Source: Acidiferrobacteraceae bacterium (GTDB lineage: Bacteria > Pseudomonadota > Gammaproteobacteria > Acidiferrobacterales > Sulfurifustaceae). From it: a stretch of 64,000 bases of DNA. The position numbers were made by a program, and so were the translations under genes. Position 1 is the stretch's first letter; each line of letters starts with the position of its first letter. Positions 1-7,917 of the stretch are shown here, in pieces. The notes beneath the pieces were generated by a model. The model did not search any database. It saw nothing but the letters and a program-made list of their open reading frames with translations, and was not told the DNA's origin. The stretch covers positions 11,221 through 75,220 of the forward strand of contig JAJPKH010000306.1 of assembly GCA_021323795.1 (NCBI GenBank). The letters are read 5' to 3'.

Positions 1-416
1 TTCCAATAATATTAACGGCGAGTCCAAGACTCGCGATCACAAGCATTCCGATTGACTGCACCTCCGGCGGCGTCAAAAACCGTTGGTACGCTTCGTACAG
101 AATATAACCGGCGACCAGGAAGAGCACCGAGGCGTTGAACGTGGCAGCGAGAATTTCGAAACGATAATAGCCGAAGGTGCGTTTGCGATCGGCCGCCCGT
201 TTCGCAATACGTAGGGCCGCGAGCGAAACGGCAAGCGCCGCTGCATCGGTAAACATATGCGCCGCATCGGAAGAGCAACGCCAGACTGTGCGTGAGCAAC
301 CCGCCGACCACTTCGACGACTACGAAGCCGGCGGTCAAGCCTAAGGTTAACCACAGGCGGCGCTCGTTGCTGCCTGACACAATCCCATGAGTATGACGGT
401 GATGATCTGTGCTCAT
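1..416 (-). pseudogene. czcD: CzcD-type cation diffusion facilitator, N-terminal part. The reading frame is broken by a 1-nt indel near 270-275, and the gene runs off the left edge of the window.
   Basis: ATG at 414-416 (complement) gives MSTDHHRHTHGIVSGSNERRLWLTLGLTAGFVVVEVVGGLLTHSLALL. The frame then degenerates. Shifting one nt restores SDAAHMFTDAAALAVSLAALRIAKRAADRKRTFGYYRFEILAATFNASVLFLVAGYILYEAYQRF, which is typical CDF TM2-TM3 sequence. Confidence 0.8.
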
Positions 417-447
417 TGCTAAAGATCGCCTCGCAAATTTTCCGTTT

Positions 448-1002
448 TTACACGGTGCTTTCCGCGACGAGATCAGACACTTTTCGAGCAATCGCGGTTA
501 GTGCCTCGTAATACCGATCTTCCCGTAACAGTCGTGGCACTTCGCGCACTGTCTCGCTATTTTCCAGCGGCTTGAGCAGCCGGACCAACTTTCGGCTCGG
601 CAACACGCGTAGCGCCCTGTCTTCCTTGGCAATTACAACAAACACGAAGCGCCCTCCTTCCTGAATCCGACCGCTGTTTAGCCAACGGTCCGCTAAACGC
701 TGCGCATAGTCCTCAACACTCTCCGGAGCCACCGTAGGCATAATGACCACGATGATCTTCGTGCGTGTCTTTTCTTCGATCTCGGCCAGCAAGTTCGACA
801 AGACGCGTCCCTCTGCTATCGACATTACGCCCACGGCATCGCTTACTTGACGCAACAACGGCGGGAGCGGCTGTAGCGTTGGCTGGTTCTGTGCGCGTAG
901 CCCCGGTTCCGTCGATGCGAACAAGCCAAGAGAGGCAACCGCAGCGATGAACACCTTTGCCCGGTATCGTCGAGCCAGTGCTCGCAGAGAGGTGAAGCTC
1001 AT
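448..1002 (-). CDS. Secreted TPM-domain (YgcG/TLP18.3-like) protein
   Basis: Internal start MSFTSLRALARRYRAKVFIAAVASLGLFAS looks like a signal peptide. The core IIVVIMPTVAPESVEDYAQRLADRWLNSG...FVFVVIAKEDRALRV resembles a TPM phosphatase-like domain. Confidence 0.65.
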   Translation of the reverse strand: MSFTSLRALARRYRAKVFIAAVASLGLFASTEPGLRAQNQPTLQPLPPLLRQVSDAVGVMSIAEGRVLSNLLAEIEEKTRTKIIVVIMPTVAPESVEDYAQRLADRWLNSGRIQEGGRFVFVVIAKEDRALRVLPSRKLVRLLKPLENSETVREVPRLLREDRYYEALTAIARKVSDLVAESTV

Positions 1003-1012
1003 GTCTGCCTCG

Positions 1013-1318
1013 TTACAGCGTGCCGGCCTCCACGCTAGTGACCCAGTACTGGCTACGACCGGCGATACCGAGGTGACTCTCGCGCAATGCACTAAGTACG
1101 GCCTCCACATCCTTTTCCCTGAGGATCAAATCGACGCGCGCATGCGGCGTATAGCCGACCACTAAATCGCGGGCGGAGAGTTCGGAATTGCGCTCATCCT
1201 GCGACCCGTGTTCCTCGACTTGGGTGAAGGTAAATCCCGACACTTGCGGTAAGCCGCGCAAAAAATCTGCAAGCGCTTGTTCGGTGTCGGCGTGAACGAT
1301 AAGCGTCAGATTCTTCAT
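1013..1318 (-). CDS. DUF3240-like small protein (PII-like fold family commonly found 3' of HME-RND pumps)
   Basis: 101 aa, MKNLTLIVHADTEQALADFLRGL...EEHGSQDE. Its start overlaps the czcA stop (ATGA-type coupling at 1315-1318). Confidence 0.65.
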   Translation of the reverse strand: MKNLTLIVHADTEQALADFLRGLPQVSGFTFTQVEEHGSQDERNSELSARDLVVGYTPHARVDLILREKDVEAVLSALRESHLGIAGRSQYWVTSVEAGTL

Positions 1319-4300
1319 GCAGCTTTCCTCTCACGTGCTTGGCCTGGACGTTCCGCCCGCGTTTCAAACCAGGCGTACAACGTCGGCAGCAGCACGAGCG
1401 TTAATAGCGTGGACGTGAAAAGTCCGCCGATGACGACCACGGCAAGCGGTCGTTGCAGCTCCGAGCCCGGGCCAGTGGCAAGCATCATCGGCACGAGACC
1501 GAGGCTCGCGATAAGTGCCGTCATTAGTACGGGCCGCAGTCGCCGTGCCGCCCCCTCCTTAACCGCGTCGAGGACGTCGTAACCGGCGTCCCGCAGCTGA
1601 TTGAAGTACGCAACCATTACGACGCCGTTCAGTACCGCGACGCCAAACAGCGTGATGAATCCGACCGATGCCGGCACTGATAGGTAGAGGCCGGAGAGAA
1701 AGAGACTCACCACACCGCCGATGAGCGCGAACGGGATGTTGAGCAGAATTAGCCCAGCTTGGCGCAGCGACCGGAACGTCGAGAACAACATGAAGAAAAT
1801 AAGCGCGATCGAAACTGGCACGACGACGGCGAGACGGGCGGCGGCGCGCTGCTCGTTCTCGAACTGTCCGCCGTAAACGATCTGGTAGCCGGCTGGAAGC
1901 TGCACTTTCTGTTCGATCGCGGCTTTAAGCTCCTCGACGAAGCTGACGACATCGCGGCCTTCGACGTTGCTGCGGACAGCGACGAAACGTCGGGCCGACT
2001 CTCGGCCTATCTGGACGGGCCCATCGACAACGTCGATGTCGGCGACGTTACCGACCGGCACTAACGCCCCGCCACCGGTCTTGAGCGTCAACCGCCGAAT
2101 GGCGTCAGCCGACGTCCGCGCGTTCTGCGGATAGCGCACGAGCACACTGGTACGGCGGTTGCCTTCGATAATCTCGGTAGCTACCTTGCCGCCGACGGCG
2201 GTCTCAACCACGTGATTCACGTCCTCACTGTTCAGCCCGTAGCGCGCCAGATCTTGCGAGCGCACGGCGATTCTTAAGTAGCCTTGACCCGAAAGGCGCG
2301 CACGGAAAACATCGGACGCGCCCGGCGTCGCTTTGACGATTTCCTCGATCTGATTCGACTTCTCCTCCAGCACGGCGAGATCGTCGCCGAAGAGCTTTAC
2401 GGCGACCGCCGCGCGTACACCGGTCAACATTTCCGAGACACGCATATCGATCGGCTGGCTAAAACCCGCCTCGACTTTCTCCTTAAAGGGCTCAAGCGTC
2501 TCACGCAGCTTCCTATGCAGGCCCTCTAGATCCACGCTCCATTCATCGCGCGGTTTGGTCTGCAGGAAACAGTCGGTCTGGTAAAAGCCCATGGGGTCGA
2601 GCTGCAGCTCATCGGCGCCACTGCGGCAGACGACTCCCTTCACTTCGGGAATCTTAAGAATTGCCTGTTGAACCGGTTGGTCGAGCGCGAGCGACGCTTC
2701 GAGCGAAATATCGGACGCCTTCTCCAAATTGACCACCGGCGTGCCCTCGTCCATCGCCGGGAGGAATTCCCGGCCGATATAGGGAAAAAGCGCGGCAGCT
2801 ACGATAAGCAACAGGACCGCTGTCCCTACTGCCCATATGCGCCGGCGTAACGCGAAACGTACGACCGGGGCGTAGCCGCGTTTGAGCCAGGTGAGTAACC
2901 GCTCCTCCTTGTGCGCGCCCGAGCGCATGAGGTAACTCGCGAGCACCGGGATGACGGTCAGTGAAAGCAGCAGCGATCCGAGCAGCGCGAAACAAATGGT
3001 CACCGCGAGCGGCGCGAACATGCGGCCTTCGAGTCCCGTCAGACTAAAGAGCGGCAAAAATACGATAGCGATAATGAGGATGCCGGAGATAACCGGCGTC
3101 GCCACCTCGCTCGTCGCCCGGTAGACGACATGGAGGCGACTTACGCCGTTCGGTGCCTGCGCCAGCTGCGTATGAATGTTCTCTACAACGACGACGGCAG
3201 CATCGACAAGGATGCCGATCGCGATGGCGAGACCGCCGAGCGACATCAGATTCGCCGTGACACCGAAGGTACGCATTAGAACAAACGTCGCGAGCACCGA
3301 GAGCGGCAGAATCAGCGCCACGGTAAGCGCGGCACGCAAGTTGCCGAGCAGAAAGATCAGAACCAGCACGACGAGGATGACCGCCTCCCCCAACGCTTTC
3401 TGCACGGTGTTGACGGCAGTGGTAATGAGATCGGCACGATCGTAGAACGGTTCGATGGTGACGCCCTTAGGAAGCGTAGGTGCCAGGCGGGCGATTTCCT
3501 TTTTTACCGCTTCGACGACGATACGGCTGTTGGCCCCGACGCGCAGCAACACGAGGCCCGTTACCACTTCACCCTGCCCGTCCGCCGTCACGCCGCCATA
3601 GCGTGGGACTGCGCCGACCTGCACTTTAGCGACATCTGCCACACGTACTGGCACACCACTACGGGTGACGACCGTAATGCGTTCAATGTCGGCGACGCTA
3701 CGCAACTGGCCGACCGTGCGCACGAGCAGCATTTTGTCTTCGCGGTTCACGCGGTCGCCACCGGCGTTGCGGTTATTCGCTGCAATCGCGCGCTCGACGT
3801 CCTCCACCGTGAGACCTTGTGCGGCGAGGCGAGCGGGATCGGGCACGACTTCAAAGGCGCGTACTAAACCGCCGAGCGAATTGATGTCGGCCACGCCCTC
3901 TACACTCCGCAGCCGCGGGCGAATGGTCCAATCCTGAATCAGGCGCAAGTCGCTCGTGCTATAGCCTTCGCCCTTGACCCGGTACATATAGATATCGCTT
4001 AGCGGCGTCGACACCGGTGCGAGCACTACCGTGGCGCCCGACGGCAATTCATTGCGCACTTCGTTCAAACGTTCAGCGACCTGAGCGCGTGCCCAGTAAA
4101 TGTCGGTGCCGTCCTCGAAATCGATAATGATATTGGCGAGGGCAAACTTGACGGTTGAACGCATCAGCTGCTGGCGCGGAATGCCTTGCATTTCCATTTC
4201 GATTGGAAACGCCACGCGCGCCTCGATCTCCTCCGGTGCAAGCCCTGGCGCCTTTACCAGCACTTGGACTTGAGGCGGAGAAATATCCGGAAATGCGTCG

Positions 4301-4404
4301 ATCGGCAACGTGCGAAAGGCCCACACGCCGCCCGCGATGAGAGCGGCGGCGGCGAGTAAGACGGTCAGCCGCTGAACGAGCGAAAAGCGAATGAGTGCGT
4401 CCAT
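1315..4404 (-). CDS. czcA: Heavy-metal efflux RND permease, CzcA/CusA family
   Basis: 1029 aa with 12-TM RND architecture. N-terminus MDALIRFSLVQRLTVLLAAAAL, plus GGLAIAIGILVDAAVVVVEN and FFMLFSTFRSLRQAGLILLNIPFALIGG. Confidence 0.93.
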   Translation of the reverse strand: MDALIRFSLVQRLTVLLAAAALIAGGVWAFRTLPIDAFPDISPPQVQVLVKAPGLAPEEIEARVAFPIEMEMQGIPRQQLMRSTVKFALANIIIDFEDGTDIYWARAQVAERLNEVRNELPSGATVVLAPVSTPLSDIYMYRVKGEGYSTSDLRLIQDWTIRPRLRSVEGVADINSLGGLVRAFEVVPDPARLAAQGLTVEDVERAIAANNRNAGGDRVNREDKMLLVRTVGQLRSVADIERITVVTRSGVPVRVADVAKVQVGAVPRYGGVTADGQGEVVTGLVLLRVGANSRIVVEAVKKEIARLAPTLPKGVTIEPFYDRADLITTAVNTVQKALGEAVILVVLVLIFLLGNLRAALTVALILPLSVLATFVLMRTFGVTANLMSLGGLAIAIGILVDAAVVVVENIHTQLAQAPNGVSRLHVVYRATSEVATPVISGILIIAIVFLPLFSLTGLEGRMFAPLAVTICFALLGSLLLSLTVIPVLASYLMRSGAHKEERLLTWLKRGYAPVVRFALRRRIWAVGTAVLLLIVAAALFPYIGREFLPAMDEGTPVVNLEKASDISLEASLALDQPVQQAILKIPEVKGVVCRSGADELQLDPMGFYQTDCFLQTKPRDEWSVDLEGLHRKLRETLEPFKEKVEAGFSQPIDMRVSEMLTGVRAAVAVKLFGDDLAVLEEKSNQIEEIVKATPGASDVFRARLSGQGYLRIAVRSQDLARYGLNSEDVNHVVETAVGGKVATEIIEGNRRTSVLVRYPQNARTSADAIRRLTLKTGGGALVPVGNVADIDVVDGPVQIGRESARRFVAVRSNVEGRDVVSFVEELKAAIEQKVQLPAGYQIVYGGQFENEQRAAARLAVVVPVSIALIFFMLFSTFRSLRQAGLILLNIPFALIGGVVSLFLSGLYLSVPASVGFITLFGVAVLNGVVMVAYFNQLRDAGYDVLDAVKEGAARRLRPVLMTALIASLGLVPMMLATGPGSELQRPLAVVVIGGLFTSTLLTLVLLPTLYAWFETRAERPGQARERKAA

Positions 4405-5672
4405 TAGCGCTGCTCCTCTGGACTTGCTATCAGGGAGCGTCCCGTGGCAAGGCGCAATTCCGCGTCGGCGATTTGCGCTTGACGAAGCAGTTCGAGGTAA
4501 CGCGCCTGCGCGTCGTAATATGTGTTCGCGGCATCGACCAGCGCCAGCACATTCACCTCGCCGGTGTTAAAGCTGCGCCGTGCCAGTTCATGCAGCTTGC
4601 GCGCCGGCTCGATCAGGTTCTCTTGCACGCGCCCCGTCTGCTCGCGCAGGCGCGTCAACTCGACATAGCTGCGCTGCAGGCGCACCAGCACATCGCGGCG
4701 CTGCGCGTCGAGCTCCGCTTGCGCGCGGGTCGCTTCCGCCCGCGCTCGATCGACCGGACCGGTGTTGGCGCTCCAAAGCGGAATTTGCACGCTGATGCCG
4801 ACCCCGATGACGTTACGGCGGGCGTCGTTCAATACATCGCGTTCGTGGAAGAGATTGAGCGCGGGGTCCGCGAGGCGCTGCGATTGCGCCGCGGCGATCT
4901 GTGCCGTCGCCGCCTCGTGCGCCCGGCGTGCCGCCGCGACGGCCGGGTGGCTCTCGAGCGCCTGCGTCAACGCTTCCAGCCCCGTGGGCGCGCTCGGAAG
5001 TGTCAGCGGGGCGACCTCTGCCGAGCTCTCGGGCGGCAATGCAAGGCGCGTACGCAGTGCGGCGAGAGCCTGTGCTTGCTCGCGCTCGGCGATCGCCACC
5101 GCTTGATTCGTTTCTTCGCGCAGAAGCGTAAGACGCGCGCGATCGAACGGTGCGAGATACCGTACCAGCCGGTCGCGACCGCGCTCGGAAACGGTGTCGG
5201 GATAGACCTCGGATTGGCGCTGGCGTGCGAGATTTAATTTCGCTTGGGCGAGCTGGACCTCGAAGAACGCCTCGGCCGTTTCCCGCTCGATCTGCAGCAG
5301 CCGAAAGCGGCGGCTTTCCTCGCTGCTCGCGAGCCGTCCTTCGGCAACGCGGCGCTCGCGCTCCAAGCGTCGCAACGGCAGTGGCTGGCTGAAAACGAGC
5401 TGGGTCAGATCCGTTCCACCGCGGCGGTCTTCTAGGCCGAGCCTATTGTCGGCACGCGCCTCAACGGTGGGATTCGGCCATGTGCCGGCTTGCTTGAGCT
5501 CACCGGCACGCACCGCTACGTCGGCTTCTGCCGCGCGCGCTTCGGGCGCCACTTCCAAACCGCGGCGGATCGCCGCTTCGAGCGTCCACTCGGCTGCAGC
5601 GGCAAGCGACCACGGCAACGAGAGCGCCGCTAGGACCAGGGCGCGCCATACAGAATTACAATCGGAAACCAT
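4404..5672 (-). CDS. czcC: TolC-family outer-membrane efflux protein (CzcC-like)
   Basis: Coiled-coil, Ala/Arg/Gln-rich OMF repeats. Chosen start MVSDCNSVWRALVLAALSLPWSLAAAAEW is preceded by GGAAGGAG. The stop overlaps the czcA ATG by 1 nt. Confidence 0.85.
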   Translation of the reverse strand: MVSDCNSVWRALVLAALSLPWSLAAAAEWTLEAAIRRGLEVAPEARAAEADVAVRAGELKQAGTWPNPTVEARADNRLGLEDRRGGTDLTQLVFSQPLPLRRLERERRVAEGRLASSEESRRFRLLQIERETAEAFFEVQLAQAKLNLARQRQSEVYPDTVSERGRDRLVRYLAPFDRARLTLLREETNQAVAIAEREQAQALAALRTRLALPPESSAEVAPLTLPSAPTGLEALTQALESHPAVAAARRAHEAATAQIAAAQSQRLADPALNLFHERDVLNDARRNVIGVGISVQIPLWSANTGPVDRARAEATRAQAELDAQRRDVLVRLQRSYVELTRLREQTGRVQENLIEPARKLHELARRSFNTGEVNVLALVDAANTYYDAQARYLELLRQAQIADAELRLATGRSLIASPEEQR

Positions 5673-5770
5673 CGCTTCACTCCTTCCCGCGCCGGCCACG
5701 TGCCGGCGCAGCGGTACGATCGCGACCCACACCTACAGGTGCGGATCAATGCACTATCGATCGGGAAGGA

Positions 5771-6157
5771 TCAGAGTGGCGGAGCACGTAACGGCGGTCG
5801 CAAGGAGCACGAGCCGTTCGTTACCAGGGAAACGTCGAGTTTGTGTCGAAGATAGGTAGGCCGCCGAACGACGCCGAAAAGAAACAGCACCGTGACGAGG
5901 AAGACAAATGGAACATCCGAAGTGAACTTAACGAGCGTGGGGAACAACGGCACATGGGGATTGGTATCGCCTGCGCTGTCATCGGTGTGCGGAACGCTTT
6001 CTAAATGGGTGAGCTGATCCGTAACCGCCGCGTCGCTGGTGCCTGCGCTTGCCCATGGATGCACACATATGCGCCACCCTTGTGCAAGAAGCACAGCAAG
6101 TGCGATACAGAGCACTAACGTCAATCGACGGCTTCGGTGGCGAACGAAAGGGTGCAT
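5771..6157 (-). CDS. Small membrane/secreted protein at the head of the czc-like operon. It has a His/Asp-containing middle region and a Pro-rich C-terminus.
   Basis: 128 aa with N-terminal hydrophobic LTLVLCIALAVLLAQGW, a second TM VPFVFLVTVLFLFGVV, and the ending SLRPPLRAPPL. Confidence 0.45.
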   Translation of the reverse strand: MHPFVRHRSRRLTLVLCIALAVLLAQGWRICVHPWASAGTSDAAVTDQLTHLESVPHTDDSAGDTNPHVPLFPTLVKFTSDVPFVFLVTVLFLFGVVRRPTYLRHKLDVSLVTNGSCSLRPPLRAPPL

Positions 6158-6228
6158 GCACTAAGTATATGAAGCAACCATCCGGGAAACAAATGTTATT
6201 GTGCTATCCGCTGCGTAGCGCATTGCGC

Positions 6229-6852
6229 TCACTCCGTAGCGTCCGGGGCCTGACGATGCATGCGCTGAACATCCAAAAGTATTTCTACCCCACCTTTCGC
6301 GGCCACAGCCGCGATCGCGAGACCGACGACTAAGTCGGGCCATGCCCGTCCGAGCCACATCACGAGCAAGCCGGCGAGCAGGACGCCGAAATTCGACAGC
6401 ATGTCGTTGATGCTAAATGTCCAGACGGCGCGAAGGTTGACGTCCCCCGCACGGTGGCTCTTGAGGATTCTCAGACAAAGGATGTTCACGACGGCGGCGA
6501 TGACTGCCATGGTGATTATCAGCGGGCCAACTGGCTCCGGCGTTCCGAACCATCGTCTGACAACATCGATCAAAATGCCGGCGGCAAGGACGAGCAACAT
6601 CGAGCCGGAGAGGCGCGCCGCACGCACTTTCCACCGGGTGCCGCGGGTAGCGGCGTAGAGGCTGATGGCATAGACCAAGGCGTCTGACGTGTTATCCAGT
6701 GCGTTCGCAATGAGTGCGCTGGAATCCGCGACCAGGCCCGTAATCGCAAGACCGGCCGCCAGGCCAACGTTCAGCGCAAATGCCCAACGCAGCGCCTGGC
6801 GTTCCGCCTCCGATTTCGGCACATAATCCAATTCATCTTCGTCGCTGCTCAT
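6229..6852 (-). CDS. Short cation diffusion facilitator (transmembrane domain only, no cytoplasmic C-terminal domain)
   Basis: 207 aa with six hydrophobic segments. It has NALDNTSDALVY and FSINDMLSNFG in positions typical of the CDF TM2/TM5 metal site. It directly abuts the pbrBC stop. Confidence 0.78.
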   Translation of the reverse strand: MSSDEDELDYVPKSEAERQALRWAFALNVGLAAGLAITGLVADSSALIANALDNTSDALVYAISLYAATRGTRWKVRAARLSGSMLLVLAAGILIDVVRRWFGTPEPVGPLIITMAVIAAVVNILCLRILKSHRAGDVNLRAVWTFSINDMLSNFGVLLAGLLVMWLGRAWPDLVVGLAIAAVAAKGGVEILLDVQRMHRQAPDATE

Positions 6853-7917
6853 TTACGGCCGATGCGGCGCTTCCGCTGCCGGGTGGCGGCGAAACGCGAG
6901 AAAGAGCAGGAGTACAGCACCTACGCTGATACCGGCATCCGCCAAGTTGAACGCCGGCCAATGGGCGTTGCCCCAGTGAAAATCGAGCCAATCGACCACC
7001 GCTCCGCGCACCACGCGATCAAATACGTTGCCGAGCGCGCCGCCGAGAATGAGCGCAAACGCGGCTTTTTCCATCGCCATGGACCGCACGGACCGAATCA
7101 ACCGCACCAGCACATAAGATGCCGCGATACCGATTATCATGAAAAGCGGACTTTGCCAACCGCTCTCCCGACTTAGCAGACCGAATGCCGCGCCGGTGTT
7201 TTGCCAGTAAACCAGATTGAAGAAATCGGTAACTGCGACCGTATCGTGCAAAGGTAAGGCGAGCACTACTGCGCTCTTGCTCGCTTGATCCAACACAAAT
7301 ACCGCCAGCGCGCCGAAGAGCGCGAGACCGGCGACACGATCCTGCTCTGCGATCCGAAACAGTCGCTGCGCCAGCCAGCCAGCCGCCAGACCGCATCCAT
7401 AGCCGGCAACTACATCGGCCGGGAAGTGAATGCCCGACCAGACGCGCGACCACCCGACGGCGAGTGCGAAGAGAACAAGTGCGGAGCGCATACGCGTTCC
7501 AGACAAGGGCCAAAGCGATGTCGCCAGCAAGGCGGCAAAGGCGGCGTGACCACTCGGCAGGCTGTAACGCGGCTCGCTACCCGGTAACAAATGGATCGCT
7601 TGCGGGCCAAAGACAGCGGACGGACGGGGGAAATCTAACGCGACCTTGAGATCGCCGATCAGCACGACGCCGATCGCATACCCGAGCGAGAAGGACCAGA
7701 GCGCCCAGCGTAGCTCCTGCGCCCGTGGCGCCTGCCCGGCTCGCTGCTCCTTCCAGACGAGAAACAATCCGACGGCCACGTACAGCGGAAACGAGCGGTA
7801 GTCGCCTGCGATGCCGAGTACACGCGCGATGGTATCGAGCACCGGGGCATCGAACCCGTTGAGCGCCAGAAGCAACTGCTGGTTCCATCCGAACCAGTCG
7901 TAGAGGATTGCTTTCAT
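6853..7917 (-). CDS. pbrBC: Fusion of a PAP2 undecaprenyl-pyrophosphate phosphatase-like domain and signal peptidase II (PbrB/PbrC-type)
   Basis: PAP2 motifs KVALDFPRP, PSGH and SRVWSGIHFPADV in the N-half. LspA motifs NTGAAFG and FNLADAGI in the C-half. Start MKAILYDWFGW overlaps the pbrA stop (TAATG). Confidence 0.85.
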   Translation of the reverse strand: MKAILYDWFGWNQQLLLALNGFDAPVLDTIARVLGIAGDYRSFPLYVAVGLFLVWKEQRAGQAPRAQELRWALWSFSLGYAIGVVLIGDLKVALDFPRPSAVFGPQAIHLLPGSEPRYSLPSGHAAFAALLATSLWPLSGTRMRSALVLFALAVGWSRVWSGIHFPADVVAGYGCGLAAGWLAQRLFRIAEQDRVAGLALFGALAVFVLDQASKSAVVLALPLHDTVAVTDFFNLVYWQNTGAAFGLLSRESGWQSPLFMIIGIAASYVLVRLIRSVRSMAMEKAAFALILGGALGNVFDRVVRGAVVDWLDFHWGNAHWPAFNLADAGISVGAVLLLFLAFRRHPAAEAPHRP

